NCBI GenBank assembly: GCA_903846015.1
Contig: CAIMZS010000460.1
Coordinates: forward strand, 40-64,039
Length of the DNA stretch: 64,000 nt
DNA from: an uncultured Anaerolineae bacterium
GTDB taxonomy: Bacteria > Chloroflexota > Anaerolineae > Anaerolineales > Villigracilaceae
Direction: 5' to 3'
Positions 29,428 to 38,919 of the stretch are shown piece by piece (position 1 is the stretch's first letter; every line of letters starts with the position of its first letter). The notes under the pieces were generated by a model. It saw nothing but the letters and a program-made list of their open reading frames with translations, was not told the DNA's origin and searched no databases. The position numbers were made by a program, and so were the translations under genes.

Positions 29428-31065
29428 ATGGCTGTTGACATGCAGTATATTCCACCCACACGAACGGAAACGGTAAAAACGGAAGCCGCTGGGCCGTTGA
29501 ATCGATTTCTACCTCCATCTGTGGATGGCATTGGCCGGACATTTGTGGCAAGTTTAAACCTGCCTTCAACCTGGATTTTGGATCCTTTTGGCTCTTCACC
29601 TCACATGGCTGTTGAAATGGCACGCGGCGGGCATAGGGTCTTGGTGGCAGCCGGCAACCCGGTCAGCCGATTTCTGATCGACCTTGCCGCCCACCCGCCA
29701 AAACTGAGCGATCTGCAGGCCGCCCTGGCTGATCTAGCAGCCACCCGTAAGGAAGGCAAACGTCTCGAGACACACCTGCAATCCTTATACATGACAAAGT
29801 GTGAAAACTGCTCTCGCGATCTTTCTGCAGATACCTTTTTATGGAATGGCAAAACCGGGATGCTAACCGGGCGTATTTATAATTGTATCTGCGGCAGCGG
29901 CGGTGAACACCCTGCCAGCCCTGAAGATGTGGAAAATGCAGCCCGCTGGGCACGCAGCGATGGGCTTCACCGCTCGCGTGCAATCGAGCGGGTTGCCCCG
30001 GGTCAAGACCCTGACCGGCCATTTGCCGAAGAAGCGCTGAACTTTTACCCACCGCGCGCAGTGTACGCGCTTGGAACCATCATCAACCGCCTGGACGGTC
30101 TTTCCAATTCCGATGAGCGCCGGCGCTGCATGAGCGCACTGGTGCTTTACGCAGCGGACTGCGCCAACGCGCTCTGGCCGCATACCAGCGAGCGCCCGCG
30201 CCCACGCCAACTCACCTTCCCTGGTATCTACCGCGAAAACAACATTTGGCAGGCGCTTGAGCTTGGGGTAAAGGTCTGGGCATCCGATGAAACTTCGATA
30301 CCATTAACATTGTGGCCGCAAGAACCCCCTGAAAGCGGCGGGATATGTATCTTCGAAGGCCCACTGCGTTCATTGGCAGCAGATCTGCAAGAGATTCCAG
30401 TCAAAGCCGTGGTGGCGGCCATTCCCCGTCCAAATCAGGCCTTCTGGACGCTTTCAGCCCTCTGGGCGGGATGGCTGTGGGGCCATGCGTCAGTTGGCCC
30501 ATTCAAATCCGTTCTTCGCCGCCAAAGATACGATTGGCAGTGGCATGCTCAAGCCTTAAAAGCTCTGTTTCTAAACCTGGCTGAAACCACCGCCCCCGGA
30601 ACGCCTTTTTTTACCGTCCTGGCGGAACCAGAACCATCCTTTATCAGTGCCGCGCTGCTGGCTGCGCACAACACCGGATGGAAGATCACGGGTCTCGCAA
30701 TGCATGGCGAACAGGACCCCATTCAAATGCTTTGGAAAAACACAGTCTCCGGTAGCCAAAATGACCAGCCTCAGAAAAAACAACTCGTGCCTACCGCCGG
30801 CACTATGCGTAAGACGATACGCGAAATCCTCGAGAAACATAAGGAGCCCATGGCATATATCCAAATCCTGGCTGCCACACTGGCAGAGCTTGCCCAAAAA
30901 GAAATGCTGCCATGGTCTAACGACGCCATCTCTACCCTGGAGAAAAACATGCATATCACATTGGAAAACCCGGAGTTTGTGGACCTGGAGGCTCGAGCCA
31001 CACCAGAAACAGGAAACTGGGCACTCAGAAAATGGGAAGAACAGAAAACGCTTAAAGGACTATAA
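29428..31065 (+). CDS. Hypothetical protein resembling a methyltransferase with degenerate motifs and a Cys-rich insert
   Basis: A motif-I-like segment LDPFGSSPHMAVEMARGGHRVLVAAGNPV, a Cys cluster (CENC...CICG), and IPRPNQAFWTLSALWAGWLWG where related enzymes carry DPPY...LSDFFYVWL. The family comparison is from memory. Confidence 0.55.
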   Translation: MAVDMQYIPPTRTETVKTEAAGPLNRFLPPSVDGIGRTFVASLNLPSTWILDPFGSSPHMAVEMARGGHRVLVAAGNPVSRFLIDLAAHPPKLSDLQAALADLAATRKEGKRLETHLQSLYMTKCENCSRDLSADTFLWNGKTGMLTGRIYNCICGSGGEHPASPEDVENAARWARSDGLHRSRAIERVAPGQDPDRPFAEEALNFYPPRAVYALGTIINRLDGLSNSDERRRCMSALVLYAADCANALWPHTSERPRPRQLTFPGIYRENNIWQALELGVKVWASDETSIPLTLWPQEPPESGGICIFEGPLRSLAADLQEIPVKAVVAAIPRPNQAFWTLSALWAGWLWGHASVGPFKSVLRRQRYDWQWHAQALKALFLNLAETTAPGTPFFTVLAEPEPSFISAALLAAHNTGWKITGLAMHGEQDPIQMLWKNTVSGSQNDQPQKKQLVPTAGTMRKTIREILEKHKEPMAYIQILAATLAELAQKEMLPWSNDAISTLEKNMHITLENPEFVDLEARATPETGNWALRKWEEQKTLKGL

Positions 31066-31201
31066 TATTTGTGTGCTAATTTTCATAATAAACGGGCAGC
31101 AATGTGAGCGTTAGGATTCTATTTAACTTGCGACAAGGTTACACGCCCAACTTGACATATTTATTGTTATTTAAAACAGAAGGGAGGAGTCAAGCAAGGG
31201 G

Positions 31202-32200
31202 ATGAGTGGATTAAAAAAATACTCTTCGGGCCAACCATGGCTGGTTTTGGCTCTTTTGTTTATACCGCTTTTTCTGGCAAGCTGCGTACCGGTTACGTCA
31301 CCGACTACGTACCTTGAGCCTTGCAAACCAGGAAATATCAAGCTCTACTCTGGTCAATCTTATCCCGAACTACAAGACGCCCAGGCACAAAAAACCGTCG
31401 ATGCAATTTTCGGAAAATATCCGGAAAAACCGGATGAGGTCAAGAAACTTGCCCTCAGATTTTTGGGATATGAAACCCAGCGCTGGTCTGATTTCAGATC
31501 TACTTCTGACTCTGATCCAAGCAAGCTAAAGACGCTGGTCACTTTCATCAGCCCCGGGCTGATCCGCGCAATTGCCTTGAGCCAGGCACTCTCCACGGCA
31601 AAGTCATACCCGAACTTCGGAATAAACGAAGTACAAAATATCACCAACAAATATATTAAAATATTTGATGACCAGAACGATTTCGGCTTTTTTATTCTTT
31701 ACATGCCCGCGGATACATCGACCCCGCAGCAAAATTTCGAGATCCCGCCTTCGTCAATTGAATTGCACAGCACAGTCGGAAAACAGATCAAAAGCAATCG
31801 CAGCGATGATTACCTGAATGCCCCACTGAGCTTTGCTAAAACCAATTATTCCGGTTTCGTCTTTTACCCCATTGGTGGAAAGAACGGCGAAAGTTGCGAC
31901 CCATTACTGGTTTCCAAATCGGGCACATCCCTGACCTTAAAAATCCTTACTGCCAGTATCGCGGGCAAACAAAACATAGCGCTTAGCTGGCAATTTTATT
32001 TTCCGCTGCTGACCGACACCGAGAAGCTTCTTATCGATATTAATTCGGACAACTCAGCCGTCAATAGTAATGAATTATCCCCAAAGAATGAACCTTCATC
32101 GAAAGATTACAGTAATGACCCAGAGAACATCTATTGGCAAGAAATGGGTAGATTTATCTGGTGGAAACTAACACTGGAGCCCGACCCTACAATTCACTAA
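31202..32200 (+). CDS. Putative lipoprotein, unknown function
   Basis: Signal plus lipobox (LFIPLFLASC). The gene is visibly more AT-rich than its neighbours. Confidence 0.6.
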   Translation: MSGLKKYSSGQPWLVLALLFIPLFLASCVPVTSPTTYLEPCKPGNIKLYSGQSYPELQDAQAQKTVDAIFGKYPEKPDEVKKLALRFLGYETQRWSDFRSTSDSDPSKLKTLVTFISPGLIRAIALSQALSTAKSYPNFGINEVQNITNKYIKIFDDQNDFGFFILYMPADTSTPQQNFEIPPSSIELHSTVGKQIKSNRSDDYLNAPLSFAKTNYSGFVFYPIGGKNGESCDPLLVSKSGTSLTLKILTASIAGKQNIALSWQFYFPLLTDTEKLLIDINSDNSAVNSNELSPKNEPSSKDYSNDPENIYWQEMGRFIWWKLTLEPDPTIH

Positions 32201-32226
32201 ACATATTTCCCATCAGGGGGATAGTT

Positions 32227-33636
32227 TCAGGGTAAAAAGTATTCAGCCTCGATACCCTGCCAGGTCTCATTGTGCAATTTCATATGTCCGGCAAGCAGCG
32301 GGTGAACCCGGCTGATCTCTTGCGCTATGCGTTGGGCAACGCGACGAATGGAAAAATGGGCATTCGCAGCCGAGCGTAATTGGCAGAACGCATACGCTTC
32401 GCGCAAATTGAAGCTAGCCAACACACGCCGATTGAACCCATTAGGCACGCTATATTGTGCCACATCCGGGTTCCACGCCACCATTTTTTGCCAAAAATGG
32501 GCCGCTGCATCCATGCCACGCCGGTATTCATCTTCGATACCTGCAACGGCAAAACGGCGGGGTACAGCGTAGCCGGATGCGCACGTAAGCCGTTGGGGAG
32601 TCTGAGTCATCATACGGTGTCGTTTAAACTCGGCATACGCCCCCTGATCCATAAGTAGATCAAAGGTATAGGAACTGTGCTCCAGTTCGCGCAGTGGGAT
32701 ATCGTAACGCCCCAGGCGTGTTAGCAGCACTTCTGCCAGGCGTGCAGCACCTGTAGAATCAACCAGGCGAGTCGCCTCACTATAACTCATATCGCCCAGA
32801 CGATACAAAGCCGAAGCCAATATACGCCTTTCCCCATCTGTATCATAGTCAACCAGAACACACCAATCACCCGGCGTCTTCCGGGTATCCGCTGAACTGG
32901 CAATCACCATCAGTTCAGCGCTGGTTTCCATCAGATAAGAAAGCGGCTCAGCATATTTAACCAGGGTGGGTATCTCACCTCTGGCCGCGATCTTCACCGT
33001 CTCCCCTATTTCACGTACCTCTGCCAATGGGCTCGAGCTCCATTTACGGATCGCATTTTCCAATACACGACCGTTGGCAGTCACGCCCACATTCGCCAAG
33101 GAGGCAGCTGGCAGCAGAAAACGGCAGACATCAACATACTGCGATCGAATACGCCGGTCCCAGGCTTCGTCTGTTTCATTCTCACGGCGAGGCGAGTCTT
33201 TTGCCACAACCCTGCGAACCGGTTCAAGCGAAGCCGCATAAGTTTCGAACAGCATTCGGCAGGTGGCGATATATTCATCCCGCAGCGAGTGGCCGTCCAG
33301 TTCAGGCGGGATGTAGAAATTGTCAGAATCCCATTTCTGATAGCGCGTTGATTTTTCGGTGTATGAAGCCAACCGGTTGGATTCGATGGCTTCCATCGCC
33401 AGGCGCGATGCGTTCTCAATCGCAAGATGCAAAACAGCATGCTCGGCAACCGAGGCATGTCCATAACCCACTACCCACTTCTCATGGAATTGAGCAGATT
33501 TTTCATCATTCAACTGCGAAGCAATCTCGCGAAAAGATTCTGGCGCGCGCGAAGTCTTGGCAAACGCCACGGCAATCGTTTCCGGGCTAAATTGTTTGGG
33601 CGAGAGCAAATAGATATCACGATGGGGCACTGGCAT
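32227..33636 (-). CDS. thyX: Flavin-dependent thymidylate synthase, long two-domain (pseudo-dimeric) ThyX form
   Basis: The N-terminal half has YGHASVAEHAVLHLAIENASR and SNRLASYTEKSTRY, which is the ThyX motif with RHR changed to SNR. The C-terminal half carries FKRHRMMTQTPQ. Confidence 0.75.
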   Translation of the reverse strand: MPVPHRDIYLLSPKQFSPETIAVAFAKTSRAPESFREIASQLNDEKSAQFHEKWVVGYGHASVAEHAVLHLAIENASRLAMEAIESNRLASYTEKSTRYQKWDSDNFYIPPELDGHSLRDEYIATCRMLFETYAASLEPVRRVVAKDSPRRENETDEAWDRRIRSQYVDVCRFLLPAASLANVGVTANGRVLENAIRKWSSSPLAEVREIGETVKIAARGEIPTLVKYAEPLSYLMETSAELMVIASSADTRKTPGDWCVLVDYDTDGERRILASALYRLGDMSYSEATRLVDSTGAARLAEVLLTRLGRYDIPLRELEHSSYTFDLLMDQGAYAEFKRHRMMTQTPQRLTCASGYAVPRRFAVAGIEDEYRRGMDAAAHFWQKMVAWNPDVAQYSVPNGFNRRVLASFNLREAYAFCQLRSAANAHFSIRRVAQRIAQEISRVHPLLAGHMKLHNETWQGIEAEYFLP

Positions 33637-33715
33637 TTAAATCTCCTGTATCCGCCGATAAAACCTGGCCGGTAATATAAAAGTAACCAGGCAGATCTAA
33701 AACCTGCCCAACCCG

Positions 33716-34981
33716 TTATTCCCCAAGCGCATTCTCAAGCCAACCCAAAATACTTTGCTTATGGGTTTCACCATAAACGGTACCACTCTGCCCGTTGATA
33801 ACAACCCGGTATTCGTGCCCATCCAAAACATAACTGGTATACCACAACGGAATAAGCACAAGCTTGAAAGACAGAATGGACAGGCTGGACGTGCTGTAAT
33901 TCAAATCACTGACGTTGCCTGTATCGGCATGGATACTTGCACGTACACGTTCCACAGCCTGTTGGCGCGCATCCAAAGAAGCATCTGACATGGATTTCTC
34001 ATATACTTCAGCCGGCCAACCGGAAAGGTAACGAGGATCATAGGCCGCAGCACTGGATGTGTCAAAACCAGCCTTGAGCTTTGGCAGCAGATCTGCCAGG
34101 CGTGAAGCCGCCGGTATGAAGATATCGTTGAAACTGACATTCTTGTCACCTGAGACAGGCACCTGTTTTTTGTTGCGATAAACTGTGCCACTCCATGGAA
34201 CAGTGCCAAAAATGTCAAAAGTCCACACGGGCAGATACATGCCACGTGGAGGCTGCACCTTACCTTCAGGTTTGATCTTTCGTTTCTCCACCCACCCAAC
34301 CAGGTTAAGAATGGCCTGGTGCTGGTTGAAAGCCATCGGCACAATCGAATCAGGCTCTACAAGTTCCCGCGTAGTGGCAACAACATGCGGCGAGCCGCAG
34401 TAGGCGCACATGGCCGAGATTTCAATTGCCGGAAGAATAAACTGCGCACCGCAACCCTGGCAATTGAATATTTTCACGGCTACTGGTGTGCGATGACCCT
34501 TGCCAGTGGCCATTGCAAGAATAAAATCCTGCTCAAATTGCGGTGCAGCGCTGTTCAAGGTCTGATTACGGGCACAATATTCACACACCAGCGTACGGCC
34601 ATCGCCATCAAAGACCATGCGCCCACCACATTTAGGGCAAGTAAACCGGTCTGCCTGTGCCTTGCGGGCCTCAGTTGACTGGGCAGCGAGCGCATCTGGA
34701 TTGACAATTTCACCGGGTTTGATTTTTCCATCCAAAATCGCAAGCGCCTTGCGCGCCTCAGGATGGGTAGGATCATTCCCTAAGGCTTCTTCAAGATATT
34801 TTCGCTTCTCAATCGGATCTTCACTGACCTGGCTCATCCAATAATTAGCCCAGGTGAGAGTATCTCGATCGTCCGCCATATCCAGGGCGCGCTCAAGGTA
34901 ACGGCGTGCCAGGCCAAAATCCTTGGCTTTAATATTGATGACTGCTTCACGCAGAAGGCTATTATCATAGTCAGATTGCAT
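33716..34981 (-). CDS. TPR plus double zinc-ribbon protein, unknown function
   Basis: The N-terminus is TPR-like. Two zinc ribbons follow: CPKCGGRMVFDGDGRTLVCEYC and CQGCGAQF...CAYCGSPH. The C-terminal domain is conserved-looking. Confidence 0.6.
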   Translation of the reverse strand: MQSDYDNSLLREAVINIKAKDFGLARRYLERALDMADDRDTLTWANYWMSQVSEDPIEKRKYLEEALGNDPTHPEARKALAILDGKIKPGEIVNPDALAAQSTEARKAQADRFTCPKCGGRMVFDGDGRTLVCEYCARNQTLNSAAPQFEQDFILAMATGKGHRTPVAVKIFNCQGCGAQFILPAIEISAMCAYCGSPHVVATTRELVEPDSIVPMAFNQHQAILNLVGWVEKRKIKPEGKVQPPRGMYLPVWTFDIFGTVPWSGTVYRNKKQVPVSGDKNVSFNDIFIPAASRLADLLPKLKAGFDTSSAAAYDPRYLSGWPAEVYEKSMSDASLDARQQAVERVRASIHADTGNVSDLNYSTSSLSILSFKLVLIPLWYTSYVLDGHEYRVVINGQSGTVYGETHKQSILGWLENALGE

Positions 34982-35068
34982 GGGATATCCTGATCAATAT
35001 TTACCTATTTACGCGGTTTGCACGTAACGATTAAAAGTTCCACGACATGATTATTTACGATTCTACCG

Positions 35069-35950
35069 TCACCTGGTTGCAGGTCTGACAATCGCATCGG
35101 TCATGCGCACAACCCGCACCATTGCTTCAACGTCATGGACGCGAACAATATCCGCGCCACGCGCAATCCCAACAGCAACAGCCGCGGCAGTACCCTCAAT
35201 GCGCTGATCTGGCGGCAGGTTAAGAGTATAACCAATAAAAGACTTCCGCGAAGGGCCAAGCAAAATTGGAAATCCCAGCGCGCGAATTTCTCCCAGTCGG
35301 TTAAGCAGCTCCAGATTTTGCTCCACCGTCTTACCAAAGCCGATACCTGGGTCAAGAATGATGTTTTCAGGTGCGATGCCAGCCTTACCTGCCAGCGACA
35401 CCGACTCCATCAACTCAGTTTTGACATCCTCGAGCAAGTTATCGTAATGCATGCCCACATATCGCCCACCCAGGTTTTGCTCCACCTGCGCATTAGACGG
35501 TTTGCTGCGATTGTGCATCAGCACAACAGGAATCTTGTGCTTCGCCAAAACATGGGCCAGCGCCGGGTCTGCGCGCAACCCCCACACATCGTTTACCAAA
35601 TGTGCGCCCGCGCTTATCGCCTGCTCGGCAACTTCCGATTTATACGTGTCTACTGAAATGACCGCAGCGGAATATTCCCGGGCAAGCGCACGAATCACAG
35701 GGATGACTCGCTCCAATTCCTGCTCTGTACTGACCGTTTGTGAACCCGGTCGAGTGGATTCTCCACCAACATCGATGATATCCGCACCGGCAGCCAAAAA
35801 GCGCCCAGCCTGGTCGAGAGCAGCTGCCACGCTTACAACCCCGCTGCTGGGCATCACAGACAGCAGGCCATCGCCGGAGAAACTATCCGGAGTCATGTTT
35901 AAGATGCCCATCACCACGGTGCGCCCCCCCCATGCTTCCAGGGAGAGCAT
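35069..35950 (-). CDS. folP: Dihydropteroate synthase
   Basis: VMGILNMTPDSFSGDG, DIIDVGGESTRPG, SVDTYK and DPGIGFGK. The start at 35950 is chosen on family N-terminal spacing. Confidence 0.9.
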   Translation of the reverse strand: MLSLEAWGGRTVVMGILNMTPDSFSGDGLLSVMPSSGVVSVAAALDQAGRFLAAGADIIDVGGESTRPGSQTVSTEQELERVIPVIRALAREYSAAVISVDTYKSEVAEQAISAGAHLVNDVWGLRADPALAHVLAKHKIPVVLMHNRSKPSNAQVEQNLGGRYVGMHYDNLLEDVKTELMESVSLAGKAGIAPENIILDPGIGFGKTVEQNLELLNRLGEIRALGFPILLGPSRKSFIGYTLNLPPDQRIEGTAAAVAVGIARGADIVRVHDVEAMVRVVRMTDAIVRPATR

Positions 35951-35997
35951 CTGGAATATTTCGCGAAACGGGCCCGATCCTGCTTTCAAGTTACCCA

Positions 35998-36420
35998 CTA
36001 GATGATCTGTTCCATCGATCTCATTAACCAGGCCTCGGCCTCAGCCATGCTGGTAAAAATACGTATCGCTGCCCCGCTGGCAACCGCTCCAGCAGCCACA
36101 TCCATGATGGCTTCTCGCGCGGCATCCGATGCCACCAACACCGCCACACGCAAGTTGCGAGTAGAAGGATCGCTGTTTACTTCTACAGCCATCTTGATGG
36201 CCTTCTGTGAGATATCCTGCACATCGCGTAGATCATACAGGTTGCGAGTCAACCGATCGGACCCCATTAAATGTTCGAACGCAAATTCGCGCCAATCTGC
36301 CAGGGTGGCATCCAAAAGATCGGTAAATACCAGGTTCATACCACCATCTGCGCGGCGGGAGACGGTATAGCCAATACCAGACTTCTGTTGCCAATTAAGC
36401 GATCTCAACATATCCATCAC
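35998..36420 (-). CDS. Hypothetical protein, STAS/SpoIIAA-like by weak resemblance, occupying the folB position
   Basis: 140 aa ending ...IRIFTSMAEAEAWL, a tail style common in STAS-like proteins. It has no T-fold/FolB motifs. Confidence 0.45.
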   Translation of the reverse strand: MMDMLRSLNWQQKSGIGYTVSRRADGGMNLVFTDLLDATLADWREFAFEHLMGSDRLTRNLYDLRDVQDISQKAIKMAVEVNSDPSTRNLRVAVLVASDAAREAIMDVAAGAVASGAAIRIFTSMAEAEAWLMRSMEQII

Positions 36421-36468
36421 AACCTCCGTTCATCAGACTACCAGTATAACAAATTTGCGCGTTGGTTT

Positions 36469-36951
36469 TCAACCAGGAAATAATTTTATACCTTTCTTAC
36501 CTACATTTGCAGCAAGCTGTTCAACACTCAACCCAATTCCCGGGTGGATAAAACCTGGCGCGATTTCAGCCAGCGGAATGAGCACAAAAGCACGTTCATG
36601 CAGGCGTGGGTGCGGAATGGTCAGCGCCAGGCTGTCCAGCAGAATATCATCATAAAAGATGATATCAAGATCGATCAGTCGTGGCCCATTGCGAAAACTG
36701 GGAGTACGGCCCAGGCTTGATTCAATTTCTTTCAGGCCTGCCAGTAGGGCAGATGGAGACAAATCTGTCTCAGCACGCAGCGCCATATTTAAAAAAGCAG
36801 GTTGATCAGCATAACCCCACGGCTCGGTCTCATACACGGCAGATTTTACCACTACATGAATTTGCGGTTCAAGCCAGGCAGTAGCGCTGCGTAGATTCTC
36901 CATACGCTGCCCAAGGTTACTACCCAGCGCGATATATACAATATGGTTCAA
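36469..36951 (-). CDS. folK: 2-amino-4-hydroxy-6-hydroxymethyldihydropterin pyrophosphokinase
   Basis: VYIALGSNLG, YETEPWG, GPRLIDLDIIFY and IPHPRLHERAFVL. Confidence 0.9.
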   Translation of the reverse strand: MNHIVYIALGSNLGQRMENLRSATAWLEPQIHVVVKSAVYETEPWGYADQPAFLNMALRAETDLSPSALLAGLKEIESSLGRTPSFRNGPRLIDLDIIFYDDILLDSLALTIPHPRLHERAFVLIPLAEIAPGFIHPGIGLSVEQLAANVGKKGIKLFPG

Positions 36952-36972
36952 AATATCACCTGGTAAATTTGA

Positions 36973-37383
36973 TCAGATCTTTAGATGATCAGGGGTGAAT
37001 GCGCCCGGCAGCAAACCATTGACGGTAGTTTGATCGATCACGTTTCCCATGGCATCGGCAATCAACACAATAGTATCCAACCCGAACTCAGCCATCACCT
37101 GACGACAGCCCCCGCAGGGATAACCGCCATTGGGGGTGACAACTGCGATCACGTCAAACTCGCGCTCCCCTTCAGAAACGGCCTTGTAAATGGCAACGCG
37201 CTCAGCACACATCGTCGTGGGGTAGGCAGCATTTTCAACGTTAACACCGGTAAAAATTCGGCCACTCTTGGTACGCAGCGCTGCACCAACATGATAATTG
37301 GAATAAGGCGCATATGCCCGGCGGCTGGCTTCATTGGCCAGATCGATTAAAAATTTAGCATCTTGTGATGTCACTGTCATCAT
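36973..37383 (-). CDS. cdd: Cytidine deaminase
   Basis: The zinc motifs CAERVAIYKA and PCGGCRQVMAEF. Confidence 0.9.
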   Translation of the reverse strand: MMTVTSQDAKFLIDLANEASRRAYAPYSNYHVGAALRTKSGRIFTGVNVENAAYPTTMCAERVAIYKAVSEGEREFDVIAVVTPNGGYPCGGCRQVMAEFGLDTIVLIADAMGNVIDQTTVNGLLPGAFTPDHLKI

Positions 37384-37442
37384 TGGATCATACCCTTTAA
37401 AAAACCAATATTCTGCATGCGCTCACAGGCTTAAAACTATAT

Positions 37443-38816
37443 TTATAAATGTGATTCATGTTTTTTGGGATTACGCTCCAACTTCCTGATAGCTCGCGCG
37501 GGTACGCCAACTACCAGCGTATTAGCCGCTACATTTTTGGTAACAACTGATCCAGCCCCAGTTCGCGCGCCATCTCCAATGGTCACAGGCGCAACCAACA
37601 TGGTATCCGACCCAATAAAAACATCTTCACCGATCAGGGTGGCATGCTTATTGACCCCATCGTAATTGCAAGTAATCGTTCCGGCTCCAATATTGGTTTC
37701 GGCGCCGATGGTTGCATTGCCAATATAAGAAAAATGACCCATCTTAACGCCTGGTCCGAGGGTGGAATCTTTTACCTCGCCAAAATTACCTATGTGAACC
37801 CCATCGGAAAGATGAGCGCCTTTGCGCAAACGGGCGAACGGGCCGATATCGACCGAATTTTCAAGCACTGCACCCTCACTGACCGACATGAACACCTTGC
37901 AATCATTACCGACACGGGTATCACGAATATGAGAGTTTGGCCCAATCTGGCAGCGTTGGCCAATGGATGTTTTACCAATCAGGGTGGTGTTGGGCCAGAT
38001 AACCGTATCTGCAGCGATACTGACCTGAGCATCGATGTAACTGGAAGACGGGTCAATAAAAGTGACGCCTGCCAGCATGTGGCCATCATTGATGCGGCGA
38101 CGCATGGCTGCCTCGGCCTCCGCCAGATGCACACGAGTATTAACCCCAATCGTCTCGGCAAAATCATCCATCACAATCGCCTTAACCGACCGTCCATCCG
38201 CTGCTGCCAATTCAATTGTATCGGTAAGGTAGTATTCACCTTTTGGCGAAAGCTGAATACGATGCAGCGCATCCCAAAGCCAGGCCGCATCAAAACAATA
38301 TGCGCCCACGTTTAGCTCTTTAATCTCCAATTGCTGTGGGTTTGCCTGATTTTCTTCCACAATCGCAGCCACCGTGCCATCCGGGTTGCGCACAATCCGC
38401 CCAAACCCGCGCGGGTTATCATAAACAACCGTCAACATGCTAATCGGACCACTGTTTGTGCGCTGTGTTTCAACCAATCGCTGAAGCGTCTCCACTTTCA
38501 ACAGGGGCATATCACCATACGTAACCAGGATGATATCCGCTTTTCCCTTAAGGAGCGCTTCTGCCTGCATAACCGCATGACCGGTGCCAAGCTGGTTTTC
38601 CTGTACCACACAACCTGCCGATTCACCAATCGCCCTGCGAACCGCTTCTGCGCTATGGCCGATGATCACTACAGGTTCCTCGGTGCTGGCCGCCCTGGCA
38701 GCGCTGAGTGCATGGAAAACCATTGGTTGGCCGCAAATGGGATGAAGCATCTTGGGCAATTCGGATTTCATGCGCGTACCCTGTCCGGCAGCGAGTAACA
38801 CGGCGGTGATTTTCAT
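37443..38816 (-). CDS. glmU: Bifunctional UDP-N-acetylglucosamine pyrophosphorylase / glucosamine-1-phosphate N-acetyltransferase
   Basis: An LAAGQGTRMKS N-terminus and C-terminal left-handed beta-helix hexapeptide repeats. Confidence 0.95.
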   Translation of the reverse strand: MKITAVLLAAGQGTRMKSELPKMLHPICGQPMVFHALSAARAASTEEPVVIIGHSAEAVRRAIGESAGCVVQENQLGTGHAVMQAEALLKGKADIILVTYGDMPLLKVETLQRLVETQRTNSGPISMLTVVYDNPRGFGRIVRNPDGTVAAIVEENQANPQQLEIKELNVGAYCFDAAWLWDALHRIQLSPKGEYYLTDTIELAAADGRSVKAIVMDDFAETIGVNTRVHLAEAEAAMRRRINDGHMLAGVTFIDPSSSYIDAQVSIAADTVIWPNTTLIGKTSIGQRCQIGPNSHIRDTRVGNDCKVFMSVSEGAVLENSVDIGPFARLRKGAHLSDGVHIGNFGEVKDSTLGPGVKMGHFSYIGNATIGAETNIGAGTITCNYDGVNKHATLIGEDVFIGSDTMLVAPVTIGDGARTGAGSVVTKNVAANTLVVGVPARAIRKLERNPKKHESHL

Positions 38817-38919
38817 AATAATCTCCAGACCCCTGCGTGGGGAACAAAAAAGCCTTGCACCGGTTGGGGCGCAAAGCCTGTCGATTTATGCACCCTTCAC
38901 AGGGCAAATTTAGAAAAGG

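Noticed and set aside
35998-36420. Calling the gene between folP and folK folB on positional grounds.
   Set aside because: The sequence lacks FolB-like T-fold motifs. I kept it as hypothetical and reported the positional anomaly as a finding instead.
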